From positions 208,012,001 to 208,076,000 of the forward strand of contig NC_058368.1 in NCBI RefSeq assembly GCF_018350175.1: DNA of 64,000 nucleotides, written 5' to 3'. The stretch comes from Felis catus (Eukaryota). Below the pieces are notes generated by a model, which saw nothing but the letters and a program-made list of their open reading frames with translations, ran no database searches and was not told where the DNA came from. Position 1 is the first letter of the stretch, and every line of letters begins with the position of its first letter. This document shows positions 38,212-52,019 of the stretch, piece after piece. The position numbers were made by a program, and so were the translations under genes.

Positions 38212-39681
38212 AACTTGACGCCTTCTTACTCTTCCCTCCTCTCCTTTCCCTCCTCCTTTCTCCATTTCAGTGAGGCAGTAGCAGGTACGGCAAAGAGGGC
38301 ACCATACCAAGCCACTCTGCGAGAGCAGGTGGAAAAGAACCACAAAGAAATGGGTACAGGTCTAACTCCTGCATCACACAGAAGTGACAGCAGCTGCAGT
38401 AACTAAGTTAAGCCATCAGGAAATGGAGTGGGGATAAGCAAAGGTGGTTTACCGAAGAGGAGGTCAAACCCGACCAAAGAGAATTCGAGAATCATCTTGG
38501 TGTTCTAGAGGAAGGAGAAGACTTAGGGAAGCTGGTTCCTAGAATCCCTCATGGGAGAGCAAACAAGAATAGCTACTGATAATGACTGGTACATTTCTCC
38601 TTCAATATCCTCTCATGGAATGGGTGGTCACGGAGTCTTGGGGGTACATTTGAGTGACTAATTCTTTGAAACAGGATTATGATGTTGAATCCTATCTTAT
38701 AGCAGAAATTGGAAGGTGGAGGTTCATAGTTTCTTCTAAGTACTTTGTCTGCAGTTAGGTGAACAGTGGTGCTTCGGAGTTAGAACCACTAGACTTGTCA
38801 TGGGAACAACTTCTCATGGGAGCAGTGAGCCTTTTTTTTTTTTTTTTTTACTCAATAAAAAAAATTAAAAAAGGAAGTTTTAAAAAAATAGCTAAATAAC
38901 CATTAAGGGACACTCTGAAGTAATGTGCAATTGCAAGAGAATTTAAGAAACAATGAACCTAATTACAAGGTTTTCTAAGGAGATGTTGTCTGAAAAGACA
39001 CAGGCAGACTCATATACCTCCTTCCATATATACCCTCTCCATCCCCTTCTCCATCTGGAAATCTCCAGCTCTGTACATTGAACTGTTCTGTGATACTCCC
39101 TCCTTGTAATATGAAGCCACCAGATTTTTTGGGTCCTGGCAGTCTTAACTTTTCTTCCACCTCCTCCACAAGTAGTCAACTGGACCCTTCCTGCCCTGGT
39201 CCTTCAAAATGTGGGAGTTGCCCCCTCGTGAGAGCTTTCTCTTTAGTTTTTCCTGAGGATAGAGAAATGGGCTGGAATTCGGTAGGGATTTTGTTTAGAC
39301 TTTAGTCAAGAGTTCTTGAACTAAGGTATATGAACTGGGATGTATTACCAAAGACATTTTTTCTTTTTTTCTTTTTTTTTTTGTTTGGTTAAAAATATAC
39401 AGATTTATAATCTTTCCATAAGCCTTCTTACAGGTGAGAGACAGGAGATGTATAAGGAAAAAATATTTCCCTTGCTCCCTAGACCGTCTATTCTCTGACA
39501 TCTATAGTCCATCAGAATCCAGTGCTAAATGGCATGGGAGAGCCGAGAGCTGCATGTGATAGGAGAAGCTATCATTCAATAGAGTAACAGCCAGAGGACA
39601 GCATTTTGCTCTTCTCTTTGTCATCCTTTCTTGAACCCAGATGCAAGATCATTCCAAGTCATTATTAAAAATATGGGCCAT

Positions 39682-39895
39682 GGGGCACCTGGGTGGCTCA
39701 ATCGGTTAAGCGTCCGACTTCAGCTCGGGTCGTGATCTCACAGTCCGTGAGTTCGAGCCCCGCGTCAGGCTCTGTGCTGACAGCTCGGAGCCGGGAGCCT
39801 GTTTCGGATTCTGTGTCTCCCTCTCTCTCTGCCCCTTCCGTGCTCATGCTCTGTCTCTATCTCATAAATAAAAAACATTAAAAAATATAAAAAAA
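39682..39895 (+). mobile_element. CanSINE
   Basis: Full body. Perfect TSD taaaaatatgggcca at 39666-39680 and 39896-39910. Confidence 0.97.
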
Positions 39896-42627
39896 TAAAA
39901 ATATGGGCCAAGATTATGGCAGCCTGGGAAGGCCTTATTTTGGACTTCAGCCATTTGACCTTGGATCACTCTGTTCATCCAGACTAGTCCTAAAGATTTT
40001 GTCAGCACTTTTGGCAACTTCAGGACGTTATTGCGCAGTTCAGCATGTATCCCTTGGTCCACTCAAGGTTGGGTGGGGTAAAAACAGCTCCTGTAGTTGC
40101 TGCATAGTCCTCCAAAGGTTTAGGCCAGATCCCAAGGTGAAAGTGCACCACGATGCCATGACCACATCTCACAGCTGCCCATCTCCACCGGCCTGCAGGC
40201 CACGTAAGCTTTTACCTACCAGTATCCAGAGTTATTCGGTCTCATTATCTGACCAAAGTGTGGTTATATGCTGAAGGTTAATGTGAGTCCTTTGTAATCA
40301 CTGAGCTAACAACACAGAGCCATGGAAAGGGAAAGGAAAGAATTTGCACTCTGGGAAACAGAAAGACTATGTTCAAAGGCTAATTCTGCTTTCTTTCAAG
40401 CATGTGAAGGTCACTCTGCGCAGGAAGCCTACCTGCCCTGAGGAATACATGAGACAATGCACGTAACACACTGGCCCGGTCGGCATGAGTCGGTATGCCC
40501 ATCTACCTTAATTGTTGTTAAAATCATTGTGTGAAACAGGCCAGTTGGTTATAGTACATGCAAACAAGCTTCCAGGGAGTGTTTCTTGGCAGCTAATTTC
40601 TATTTTTTCCCCCTTCACATTCCAGCTCTCTACCCTTTTCCATCCTGTGCTCATTATTACCAATTAGAGTTTTCACCAACAATTTTCAAGCATGTGCTTC
40701 CTCCCTTAGATCGCAACTACAAATGAAGGCCTACCTAAGGTGACCTCTCTGTGTCTGCAATCATCCTCTCATGATTGCTTCTAAACAGCTATAAACTAGA
40801 CCCTCTGTACAAGCAGCCTCCCTAAAAAGGAGCAAATGGCAGCTGAGCTGCGGATTTCCCCAGGAATGCTGGGGGAGGGGTAAAATAGAAGGCCTTGAAC
40901 TGGCGATGAGGAGACTTGGTCATGGTCCAAAATCTACCACTTGGGGGTTGTGTGACCCCGAATCCATTCACCTCAGTTTATTCATTGGTAAATTAGAGCT
41001 AACAGTGCCCATTTGGCTTAGCTCACGGGGTCTCTCCCACAGGGCTGTTCCAAGGAACCAGGATAATAGTGTTGTTGCCAATGTGGCCGGCCTCGCAACT
41101 GGTGCCATGTGAGAGTGATTTCTGATGGTGCGTGGCTAAAGCCTTTATTACTTCTTTTAATTTAAAGCTTTGTCCTTATTTTTATGTATATTAGAAAAAT
41201 TATACAACTAGCACACCAAACGCATGCTTTCAACAGATATAATTTCTCAGGAAGAGTCTTAAGTGAAGAACAAGAGACAATACAAGTGTATATGTGCAAC
41301 TGTGTGTGTAGGGGTGGGGTGGGTGGGTGCGTATAATGTGTAATTATGACAGAAAAGGAAGGTAGTGTCCTCATAAAATATTGGAGTCTGCAAAAACAGA
41401 ATAAATAGAACAGCTGTCTAAAGATTTCAGGGAGCTTAACAAACGTGTCATTATTACTCCTCTGGAGGCCCCTGAGTTTCCTGGTCTACACAAGTCAACG
41501 AATGGTTGTCGATGCCTTCCATGTACTGTACCAGGCACTTCTCTGGTTTCTGAGGATATAACAATATACAAGGTAGGCAAAATTCCTCCCTCTTAGAGCC
41601 TGCATTCAGGTGGAGAAGCGTGTCTAAACGCACAAAATGGTTGTGCGGATCTGACCTGATGACATAGAAAGAAAGCATTCGACCACTGCAAACACTCTAT
41701 CAATGTCTGGTATTGTTGTAGTGAGATGCCAGAGGTAGGAATGAGGAATTGATTTGAGAATATCTAAAAAATGCCTGGCAGAACCCAGAGAAATGCTCTA
41801 CTGTGGACAAATGTAAATTGTTTTTGTTTCTGTTGGGTTTTCCTCTGGGTTAAATTCCTGGAAAAAGTTTCCTAAAACTTTTGCACAGTGAAAGGGCTTA
41901 TCTTAAATGCCTGCATTTGGCAATATGCGCTCTCTAGAGGTAACGGGAAATGTGAATCTAATGAGTATCATACTAGAATGATGTATTTTAGTCTGCAAAT
42001 AGTCAACCCAGCTTGAATTAATCTATCTGTAAAATTACTTTTCTGAATCAAATGCTCTTCTAAAATCCAAATATGTGAAAGTCTAATTTGTTTTCCTTCA
42101 TTTCCTAATTTTAGAATTCTGTCCAAGAGAATTAGCCAATTTCCCTGGACTCGTTTTCTCTTTTTAAATCCCCAGAGTAACTTATTTCTTAACTGGGATT
42201 GGTTGCATTAAGTCTGCATTTATTGAATCTTCCTATCAATTCTCAAGTTGGCTACTTGACAACCTTTAAGGGGTCAGCTGCTCTTACATGGGAAATTACT
42301 GCCTCCGTGAACTTACTAAGTAATATCCTAGTAGCTTGAAAGAGTTAAAGTAAGTTTCTAAAGCCGCATAATTTCCCAACAAGGACTAGCTTATGTGCTG
42401 AGAGACTGTGTTGAAAAATGAATAGTAATGAATTCATGACCAAATAACCATGCAGCAAAGACTAAAACCGGAGTATGATATATGGAGAGGCTGCAGCATA
42501 CGAAGGCCAGAATGTAAGAGGAAAGATGTATTAACCAGGCCTGCAAACAAGACACGTCCATATAACTATGGCTTTCAGGACCTCCGCAAATGAGTAACTG
42601 AAGATGAGGAATCATGACTCCTACGTT

Positions 42628-42707
42628 GTTGGGTTTTTTTTTTAATTAATTTTTTTTCTCTTCTTTTTTGTAAATATAATTTATTGTCAAGTTGGCTAAC
42701 ATACACT
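42628..42707 (-). mobile_element. Extremely 5'-truncated carnivore L1 (tail plus about 35 nt)
   Basis: T-rich tail followed by aatataatttattgtcaagttggctaacataca, resembling the antisense 3' terminus of felid L1. Confidence 0.6.
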
Positions 42708-45700
42708 GCTATCACATGCTTGCCTCTACAGGTCTGCCTCTAGTGTTGTTACTTGGGGTGACGATCCCACTGTTCTGCTAAACAAGCTAATGGGCAAAGC
42801 AGGTCAATTGTGCTCGTGTTTATGGTCTTAGTTTTAAAAGAAGAGAAGAAAAAGGAGCTTAAGGCTTTCTGTTTCGATTAAGTAGTCAGCAGATGAAACT
42901 ATTTGCTAAACCTGGCTACCTGGTGTGAAATGCAAGGCTTATCAATTTGAAACGTGACGTAGGAATAGAAAAATGATTCTTAAAACTAGATCTCCCAGAA
43001 CTTAGAACCCAAAGGAATGTTGTCTCTTTTCAGCACATTCTCGTTGGGAGGTCATATACTTACTCTAATTGTGTTGTTTTCGTCTAAACATTTGGAACTC
43101 CTCTCGTGGAATTGTCTTCAGAGCCTGCAGAGCATTTTTCTGACAGTTCCACTCTGTGCCAAGTCTTCATCCTTTGGGGTGGGGTGGGGGATGGGAGCCA
43201 GGGCAAGGGAGTGGATTTAATGATTTCTGGAAAGAGCAGAAAGTCATCCAGAGGCCAATCTGGTAAATGGCGTGAGTATAACCATTTGGGGTTAAAAAAA
43301 AAATGCTGTCTATAAAGTGCAGAGCCTAGCTCCATCGTTTGGCCTGTGAGCTGACTCTGGAGGCAGTCCTCAAAGAGACCTTTCCAAGCAGCTTTGGTCA
43401 GTGACTGGCATTCTTTGAAGAAATGTATAGGGTCTCCTGAAATGGCTCCTTTGCAATAGCACCTCACCCACTTTCTTCTAGAAAACGAAGAGTGCTTGTT
43501 TCACAAATTGGCATGGTCATGGGTAGGGAAGAGCCATCATTTACTAAGGATCTAGAATCAAGATAAAGACTCAGGTAAACATTTGTCAGTAACACGGGGG
43601 AAAGAAAAGAATTTGCTGTGAATGTGTTGGCTGTTCTTTTCTCTTGGACCTCAGTTAGGATTCGGCCCTACTCTGTGTGTTTACCACACACAGAGTCCAT
43701 GTCAAATATGAGACCCTTTTCCATTTTCCAAGTCAGTCTGCCCCCTCCCTCCACCGAAAGTTTGAGAGGTATAGCAAAAAACACCAACCCTTTACTTATA
43801 ATTACTTAATTTATTAATTTAGTCATGTATACTTTTAAACTCACTTTATGGACTTACAAAATTGATATAGGAATAGCATTTTCTATATATTTTATATTTC
43901 ACATAAAGAAATATTACTATAGTCCTATTTTTGTCACTTTCACATTTCAGTTTATCCCAAGTAACAGCATCTAGCATCAGGATAGTTGTTTTCTCCTTCC
44001 TATCGTTGCATATTCTCAACATCCACTATGTGGCCACTTACTGTAATACTGTAAAAAGTGATATTTAAAAGGCTTGTTCACATTAACATCCACTCTTGCA
44101 AATGTGAGGCCATTCACCTAAGTGAAAGAATAATTAAATATGTATTGAAGTTCACCGATTTCACTTCTAAACATCTGAATCTTGCATTGATTGAGGGTGT
44201 TTGGAGATAATGTATCTTCCCTGAAAAGAACTGTGTTATTCAAAATAAAATAATGATACGAACACCCTATTGTAGGAGACTCTGAATATAAAATGGTTCC
44301 CTCTTCTCACAAGGAGTGATTTTGGGGGAAACCTTGCCTGGCATTTGAGTATACATACACACAGAGTTAATGATTTGTTTTCTGTTACCCACAGACATGA
44401 CCACCTCTCTGAGTTGTCATTTCTATTGAAAGGGTTAAAACAGATTACAGGCAGAATTCAGAGTTCACAAGAGGAAATGTGATAGAATGACAGTATAACA
44501 GACAGCGAACAGAAGATGTTTGATTTTCTTTTGGCATATAGGAGAGGGGAAATACAGTGCGAGTGTTTGCCCCTAGAGATGGGAACATATGTACTGGATT
44601 ACAAAGCAAATACCAAAAAGCTCTACATTTTTGCATTTGAAGAAATAATAGAAAGTAGCTGAAGGAGAGAGGAAGGGGAAAAGTCAACAAGAAGGGCAAG
44701 AGTCTGTTTAGTTAAATAATAATGCTGTTTATACCAAGGCATCATCGAGATTCTGGCTTTGGACTCTCAAGATTTGGGTTCTTGTAAACCATCCTGTTTT
44801 GATGCCAACTCCCATGTAAACTCTCACTATATTTGACGTTATGGCTGAAACTGATGTTCTAATCCTGGCCGTGCCTTGCAAGGTCACCGTTCTCATGTGT
44901 TCATAATGGTCCATGGTATTGACGCCTCTGCGGGGACAGCAGCGGTCCATCAAAACGAAAGTCTTCCCGCTGTTGGCTGCAGCTTGCTAGCGTTCACATG
45001 TGATTTGGGAGACCAAGAAATTAAGGCATTCTTCTGGAGGATGGGTGGAGAGCCCTGGTTTTAAATGCCTCTTCCTTTTCTACATTGCAGGGTCTCAAAA
45101 TGATGGCCTTCAAGGTACAATGCACAGCTTGTTGGCTGGCTTACTACACCCTGATCCGTAATAATCTGCTTTGTAACTTCCTCTTACTGATCCCATAGGT
45201 GTTTTTCCTCCTAGTTTTGGACAATCACTGGCCTGATTTGGAAATTGCATTAAGTCCTTTAAAAAAGCTGATGTGATAGTCTTTTCTGTTTTCTGTATTT
45301 GCTGTTCCTTCTACAATGTCCCACTGCCCAGAAATATTGACAACCATATGGATTTAATCATAAATTCCTCTTGGACCCAGAAAAATGAGTTTAGATATAT
45401 CTTCTCGAGGAAGCCGGGAGAGGCAAGAGAGGTAGTGGACAAAACTGGATGCAGCGTGAGTTGACCTGGCGTCTCATTTCTGTTCTCCCCCTTCTCTCTG
45501 GACTACGGGGAAATCACATCCCTCTGGTCACCTGGTCCCATAGTTATGAAACAAGCGTTGACTCAGTCACCTATCAGATTTTGTCAAGGTCTAATAATCC
45601 GTATCTCCAAATAACAGTGGTTGCCAGGTATGGGGCACTTGCTTGAAAGCAGACACCCTGCAGAGATGTGCATGGTTCAGCTGTTTCAATCTACTGCTTT

Positions 45701-46900
45701 GACCTCGCAGATAGGGACTGTTACTTACAGGTAAAGAAACTGAGGCTTAAAAAGTTAAGTGAGTGTCCTGGGGAAGACACCTTCTCTTTGACTGGATCCT
45801 AGCTAATGGGTTAATTCTTTTCTGAAGAAGCCAGACAGACAGTTCAGAACACCAAGTAACAGATCAGCCAGAAGGATTTTTCAACCCACCTTTTGGTTCT
45901 TTTCCTTTCTTTGCTTTGCCTTTCTTAGGCCTCCGGTGGGCAGAATTGAGTTATTAAAACTCTTCTCTTCATGACCCATTACCAACATCAGTCCAGGTGA
46001 GGCTGCTCTTACTATTTTCATATTTTCCCCCTCCATCTGAAGTATCCCTTCCTTCCTTCTATGTGCACTCGCTGTACTGTAGCTCTATTTTTGCAGTCCC
46101 CCTTCCCTGTGTTAAACTAGACATGTATATCCTTGAAAACGAATGTTATTATGCATCAGTGTTTTTGATTTTCATAACTGCCATCAAGATTCAATTCTCA
46201 TCTTTTTTCATTCTTTCTTTACTCAACAGTTTGAGATTCGTCAATGTTGTTAGGTGAAAATCTTGTTCACTGTGTCTAATGGTTACATAGGATTCCATCA
46301 TATTATACCACACTTTTCTTTATAGATTTCCCCTATCAATGGGTATTTAGGTTGGCTCCAACTCCTTGCTACCACAAACAATCTGGCATGAGCGCCCTCT
46401 AATATATCTTTGTCCACACTTAAAATGAGATTTTTTTTTTTGAATTATATATGCAAGAATAGGATTTATGGGTCATCGTGTGTACGCATCTTACTTTCAA
46501 GAAGCATTGCTGGTTGCTTTCTAGAAAGGCTGCATTGCTTTGTACTTCCTCCAGTGCTGTACGAGGACTACTGTTTTTCCACATGCTTACCAGCACTAGT
46601 TATCTTCTGGCTTTCTAATTTTTGCCAATCTCTGTGTGTTAAGTGGTATATCACTTTCACATTAATTTACATCAATTGGATTGCTAGTGAGGTAGTACAT
46701 TCTTCATATAATTTGTAGCCACTTGGGGTTCCCTCCTATGATTTGACTATTTATATCTTTGCCCATGTTGTTTTGTTTTCTTTTGTTTTTCCTTACTGTG
46801 GTTCCTAACTTTGCTGGTGTTTATGGTTATGACTCTTTAATTTGCCTTATTTTCTCTTAGTGTGGGTTATTCTCCCCATTTTCTCTGCTTTGAACTTCAT

Positions 46901-47115
46901 TTTTTAAAATTTTTTAGATGTTTATTTATTTTTGAGAGAGAGGGGAGAGCTAGTGGGGGAGGGACAGAGAGAGAGAGGGAGACACAGAATCTGAAGTAGC
47001 TCCAGGCTCTGAGTGGTCAGCACAGAGGCTGACACGGGGCTTGAACCCACGAACCGCAAGATCATGACTTGAGTCAAAGTCAGTCGCCTAACGGACCGAG
47101 CCGCCCAGGCGCCCC
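46901..47115 (-). mobile_element. CanSINE
   Basis: Ends ...gagccgcccaggcgcccc. Imperfect TSD aa(c/t)ttcatt. Confidence 0.96.
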
Positions 47116-47668
47116 TAATTTCATTGTCAATATTGACTTAACTGAATTACAAGAGTTTCTTTCCACATCTTGACATTTAATTATGTGTGGGTTTTAGCTG
47201 TTGTCATTCTCCAAGTCTGTCACTTCTGTTAGCTTTATCAACAAAGGTTTTCTTCATTTCCTTCAATATGTCCTAATACCTGATTTATCTTCTTTTTGGT
47301 TTTGCCTTAACCCTTTGAAAATTCTTATTTTTCCATGTAAATTTTAGAATCTGTTTTTTTTATTTTAAAATTTTTTTCTGGGATTTTTATTGTAGTTGCA
47401 TTGAATTTAGAGATTGATCAAGGGAGAATTAACTCTATGTGATGTTACAGCAAGCTGTTAATATACATGATATTTAATATTCCATTTATTTAGGTTTTCT
47501 GGTATATATGTGCTTTAATAGTTTAAATTTTATTCTCTATAAAGCTCTGTGTTTTCTTTGGTTGATGTCTATATGCTTTATAGTTTTTTGTTGCTACTAT
47601 GAGTGGGATTTTATATTCTATTATATTTTCTGTGGATTATTGCTTGTTTATAGAAACACTGTTAATTT

Positions 47669-47683
47669 TGTGTGTGTGTGTAT

Positions 47684-47756
<73 letters not shown>
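47669..47756. repeat. Compound (TG)n(TA)n microsatellite
   Basis: Direct reading. Confidence 0.97.
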
Positions 47757-47762
<6 letters not shown>

Positions 47763-48214
47763 AACTTGCTGAACTCCCTTTTAATTATAATTGTTTACTT
47801 TTCTTAGGTTTTCTAAGCATTTGATCATGGTATTACAATTGTAAATAGTAACAATTTGGTCTCCTTCCTTCCTGGTCTTACTTAATGCATTGACCAGGAC
47901 TTCCTGAACTCTGTTAAAGAGTAGCGGTAACACCAAGGCATTCATGTCTTGTTCCTAACTTAAAAGGAAATTGCATCTAAAATTTTTTAATTAAATTTGA
48001 TGATTGCAATAGATCATTAGTAGAAAGCCTTTATCAAGTTAAAGAAGTTCCCCTCTATTCCTCATTTTCTAAGAGTTTATTTTAAAAACTTAGATGTTGA
48101 ATTTTATCCAGTGTTTTTACTTTTTTTCTTTTTAGATTTTATTTTATTTTTAATAATCTCTATACCCAACGTGGGGCTGAACTCACAACCCCAAGATCAA
48201 GAGTCACATGCTCT

Positions 48215-48446
48215 GGGAATGCAAACTAGTGCATTTGGAAAAGAGTATGGAAGTTTCTCAAAAAAATTAAAAATACAACTACCCTATGACCCAGCAATTA
48301 TACTACTAGGTATTTATCCAAAGGATAAAAAAATGCTGATTCAAAGGGGCACATGAACCCCAATGTTTATAACAGCACTATTGACAATAGCCAAAGTATG
48401 GAAAGAGCCCAAATGCCCATTGACTAATGAATGGATAAAGAAGATG

Positions 48447-48489
<43 letters not shown>

Positions 48490-48922
48490 GGAATATTACT
48501 CAGTGATCAAAAAGAATGAAATCTTGCCATTTGCAACAATGTGGTTGAAACTGGAATGCATTATGCTAAACAAATCAAGTCAGTCAGAGAAATACAAATA
48601 TCATATGATTTCACCCCTATGTGGAATTTAAGAAACAAAACAAATGAACATAGGAGAAGGGAAGGAAAAATAAGATAAAAACAGAGAGGGAGACAAACCA
48701 TAAGACACTTAAATACAGAGAACAAGCTGAGGGTTGCTGGAGAGGAGGTGGGTGGGGGGGATGGGCTAAATGGGTGATGGGCATTAAAAAGAGCCCTTGC
48801 TGGGATGAACACTGGATGTTATATGTAAGTGATGAATCACTAAATTCTACTCCTGAAATCATTATTATGCTATATGTTAACTAACTTGGATTTAAATCAA
48901 AATATAAATTAATTAAAAAAAA
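48215..48922 (+). mobile_element. 5'-truncated carnivore L1 (ORF2 C-terminus, 3'UTR, A tail)
   Basis: Translations KKLKIQLPYDPAIILLGIYPK and EYYSVIKKNEILPFATMW match the L1 ORF2 C-terminus but are disrupted by a stop and (GT)n. TSD aagagtcacat(g/t)ctct at 48199-48214 and 48923-48938. Confidence 0.96.
48449..48486. repeat. (GT)n microsatellite within L1
   Basis: Direct reading. Confidence 0.97.
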
Positions 48923-49374
48923 AAGAGTCACATTCTCTACTGACTGAGCCAGCAAAGCACCCCGATCCAATGCTTTTTCTGCATTTGTTGAGCTGATCAC
49001 GTGATGTTTCTCCTTTACGCAGTCAACGTGATGAATTATTTTAATAGTTTTACATTTTCTCTTCCTGAACCATTTTTCTTTAATGGGCCCTATTTGACCA
49101 TACTTTATGTTTTAAATAAATTATTGAATTCTGATAGCTGGTATTTTAATTAGGATTTTTGTGCTCATGTTCATGAGTGAAACTGATCTATAGTTTGTCT
49201 TCTTGAACTGGACTTGGTGTCAAGACTAGACGAGCCTCACAAAATGAGTTTGACCCTTTCCCTTTGAGTCTTATTTGTGCAACAGCTTGCTGAAAACAGG
49301 GAGATTCACCACGAAACAGCCCTTCTCCCGGTTTCCCCATAGGAATAAAGGGCAACCCGTTATCAGAACAAAAG

Positions 49375-50340
49375 CACTGACTCTGATGTCTCTCTTTCTT
49401 TCACACTCATTCACTTTCTGAATAAATCATACTGCCTGCACCTTTACAATCCATCTCCAATCCAGCCATCTCTCCCCTCTACCACTTCCACTCTCGTCTA
49501 TGTGAAATAACGATCACATCTGGATGGTGCGCAACCTTGTGTTTGGGACTCCTGTGTTTGCTTTCACCTCTTTATAGTTCATCTCATAGTAGCCAGCATC
49601 TATTTACAGCATCAGTCAGATCATGTGACCCTGTTAGCATCATCGCCTATCCATCCCATTGGTGAAGGAGGAGTTCCCACCTTGGGCCCCTGGTGTGGCT
49701 AATGGCTCCAACACAGGATACCCAACACTGGACAGATGAGACTGACAACAGTTTATTAGTCACTGCACACTCACAGTCTGGGGAAGCACGCTGCCTGGCA
49801 TGCATGGCCTGCCTGGTGGTTGTACCAGAAACAGAGTGAACAACCACAGGTGGTGGGAGGCAAGCTTTGTAGTATCAAGGCTGTGATGCCCCTGATTCCC
49901 ACAGGAGGATGTGATTGGTTGAATAATTTACGGATAAGCAAGAACTGCACCTTGTCCATGATGAGCCAGTTGTTTGGCTAGGGCATCTATTCCGCAGAAG
50001 CAGGACGGGGAGGGGAGCTCATGGATGGCCATTTCAGGCCTCCCTAGTATCCCCCAGCTGTCAATGGAAGACATAACATTGGACTTTATTTTTAGGCGTG
50101 ACACCACAAGCTTCCTTGTCAAAACTTTACAATGGCACCTACAAGGCCCTCCGTGGTCTGACATCTGGCTACCTCTCTGGCCTTATTTCCTACCCTTTCC
50201 CTTCCTTTGTGTGCTCTATTCAAGCCACACTGACTTGCCTGTTCTTACTCAAACCCATCAAACGTGTTTTCACCTCAGGCCTTAGTCCCTTGCTTTTCAT
50301 CCACTTGAACATTCTTCCCCCAAATGTCTTCATGACTTTT
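49375..50340 (+). mobile_element. L2 fragment interrupted by an LTR
   Basis: ctctctttctttcacactc..ccatctctcccctctacc..tcagatcatgtgacc, and after the LTR aatggcacctacaaggccct..tctggctacctctc..ccacactgact. Confidence 0.6.
49663..50078 (-). mobile_element. ERVL-class solo LTR (MER54/MER74/MER76-like group)
   Basis: TG...CA ends flanked by TTGG on both sides. Antisense polyA signal (tttatt near 49752). acagtttattagtcac..actcacag..acagagtgaac..gtgggaggcaagctttgtagta motif. Confidence 0.7.
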
Positions 50341-50399
50341 TTTTTTCCATTTTCTTTGGATCTCTACTCACTTTCTCAGTGTAGAATAAAAAGCATTAT

Positions 50400-50710
50400 T
50401 TTGCATGCTTCCATGCTTTATATAAATGCTACTATATTTTGCTTTTCTTCTTCATTCTTAACATTTTGAAATTCATCCAGGTTGCTACATTTATCTATGT
50501 ATCATTCATTTTATCTACTGTATTTATTCCATTTGGCAAGGCCAGCAGCATTGATTCATCTTATCTCCTATGGATGGATGTTTAAGTTGCTTCCAGGTTT
50601 TTCTCTATCACAGACGATGCTTCAGTGACTAGCCTTGTCAGGTCTCCTTGTGAACCCGGATGAGATTTTTCTTTAGGGGATGTATGAAAATACAGAATTG
50701 TTGATCAAAG
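50400..50710 (-). mobile_element. Old L1 (L1ME-like) 3' fragment
   Basis: aaattcatccaggttgct..tatggatggatgtttaagttgcttccagg..gatttttctttaggg..agaattgttgatcaaaggg. Confidence 0.75.
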
Positions 50711-51713
50711 GGTACCAGGAACTTGTTGGGAGTTGGTCTCAGAAGTGGAGCTGGGAGAGTCATATGCAGTCTTCCTCTGGTTAAAAGTGTAGAAACTACT
50801 AGAAGAGCTGAAAGCCCTGAGACCTAGAAAAGACGCTGACTTAAGTAAGTGCTGACAGTTGTCCCCCGGTTCACAGAGGAGCTTCTACTGTCTGTGAGAT
50901 GAGTCATTGCTCTTGGATACTGTCACTAAGGGCCACCCTCCGTGAAGCATCTGTTACCGCTGACTGAACTGTGGCAAGATGCTCCCGTTGGCAGGAGTGA
51001 CTACTATGGCAAATTGTTAGGCTGGGGGTTCTTAACTCTTAGAGATGTTGGACTTTCTCTCTCAGCCTTAGTGAGTCACTCTTTACCTACAGAGAAGAAT
51101 AGAGAGAATTGGTCTTTGTCAATAATCGTTACCAAATTGAGAGAATAACAGTTTCCCATGGGAATCCTTGGTAAGCATCAGATGCCTAGAAACTATGGAA
51201 AGAAACTCAAAACATCTTCAGAGCTCTTGAATTAGAGCCCAACTTTCAGATTTCTGATGGAGGGTGTGGCCCAGGAAAAAATGGCTTTATTGGCATGTGC
51301 ATCTATTTACTTTCTCTCTCCTCTAGTCCTTATTATTATTATTTTTTATTCTCTCCCTTCCTCTCCCCCTTATCCTCTTTCTCTTTCTCATTTTCTTGGT
51401 CTCTTGTATATGTGTAATATTTGTTAGTAGTATTTTAAGACCCTACTTAGCCTCTGTGGTGTTCATGTTTTGACACCCGAGAACAGAGGAAATGTTTAAT
51501 ACAATGAGTAACAGTAAAGGGTTCAGAAGAAAACTGTGAATACTGAGGAGCCCCACCCTGGAACTTGTTCTTTGGCCTGACCATATGAGCCAGTCCTTGG
51601 TGTGGCTCTCTTGGGTGCATTATAGGAGTCATGCTTCCCCTCCAAGATGTCATCATGAAGACCCCTGGGTCCGAAGAACCTCAGAGGACTGGGAAGATGG
51701 CTATGATGGCCTA

Positions 51714-51899
51714 TTTTTTTCAACTTTACTTATTTTTGAGAGAGAGCAAGTGAGTGAGAGAGAGAATCCCAAGCAAGCTCTGAACTGCCAGCACAGAGCC
51801 CAATGTGGGGCTCAAACCCATGAACCACGAGATCATGACCCCAGCAGAAATCAAGAGTTGGACACCAGCCAGGACTGGACTGAGCCAGCCAGGTGCCCC
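51714..51899 (-). mobile_element. CanSINE (older)
   Basis: gagagagaatcccaagc..gactgagccagccaggtgcccc. Diverged TSD tatgatggcctat / tataacggcctac. Confidence 0.93.
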
Positions 51900-52019
51900 T
51901 ATAACGGCCTACTTTTGATCCCAGAAACAGAGGTGAGTTGGTTGTTTTTTTTATATGCAACACCATGATGCATGGACACCCAGTTCCCTCAGAAACAAGA
52001 GCCAAAGGCAAGACAGAGT

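Larger units (their letters stand above)
48119..48963 (-). mobile_element. Short old CanSINE (no CT tract), split by a younger L1
   Basis: taatctctatacccaacgtggggctgaactcacaaccccaagatcaagagtcacatgctct | actgactgagccagcaaagcacccc. Outer TSD atcca(g/a)tg(t/c)tttt at 48106-48118 and 48965-48977. Confidence 0.9.
46100..49290 (-). mobile_element. Old L1 (L1M/L1ME-like) antisense fragment hosting several later insertions
   Basis: gggtatttaggttg..ttgctaccacaaacaat, ttgcattgaatttagagatt, atgtcttgttcct, atcaagttaaagaagttcccctctattcct, atgttgaattttatc...atgctttttctgcat: hallmark antisense L1 ORF2 and 3'UTR text. Confidence 0.85.

Noticed and set aside
44900..44945. Possible REST/NRSE site (gtccatggtattga, ggacagc)
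   Set aside because: Too many mismatches at conserved positions.
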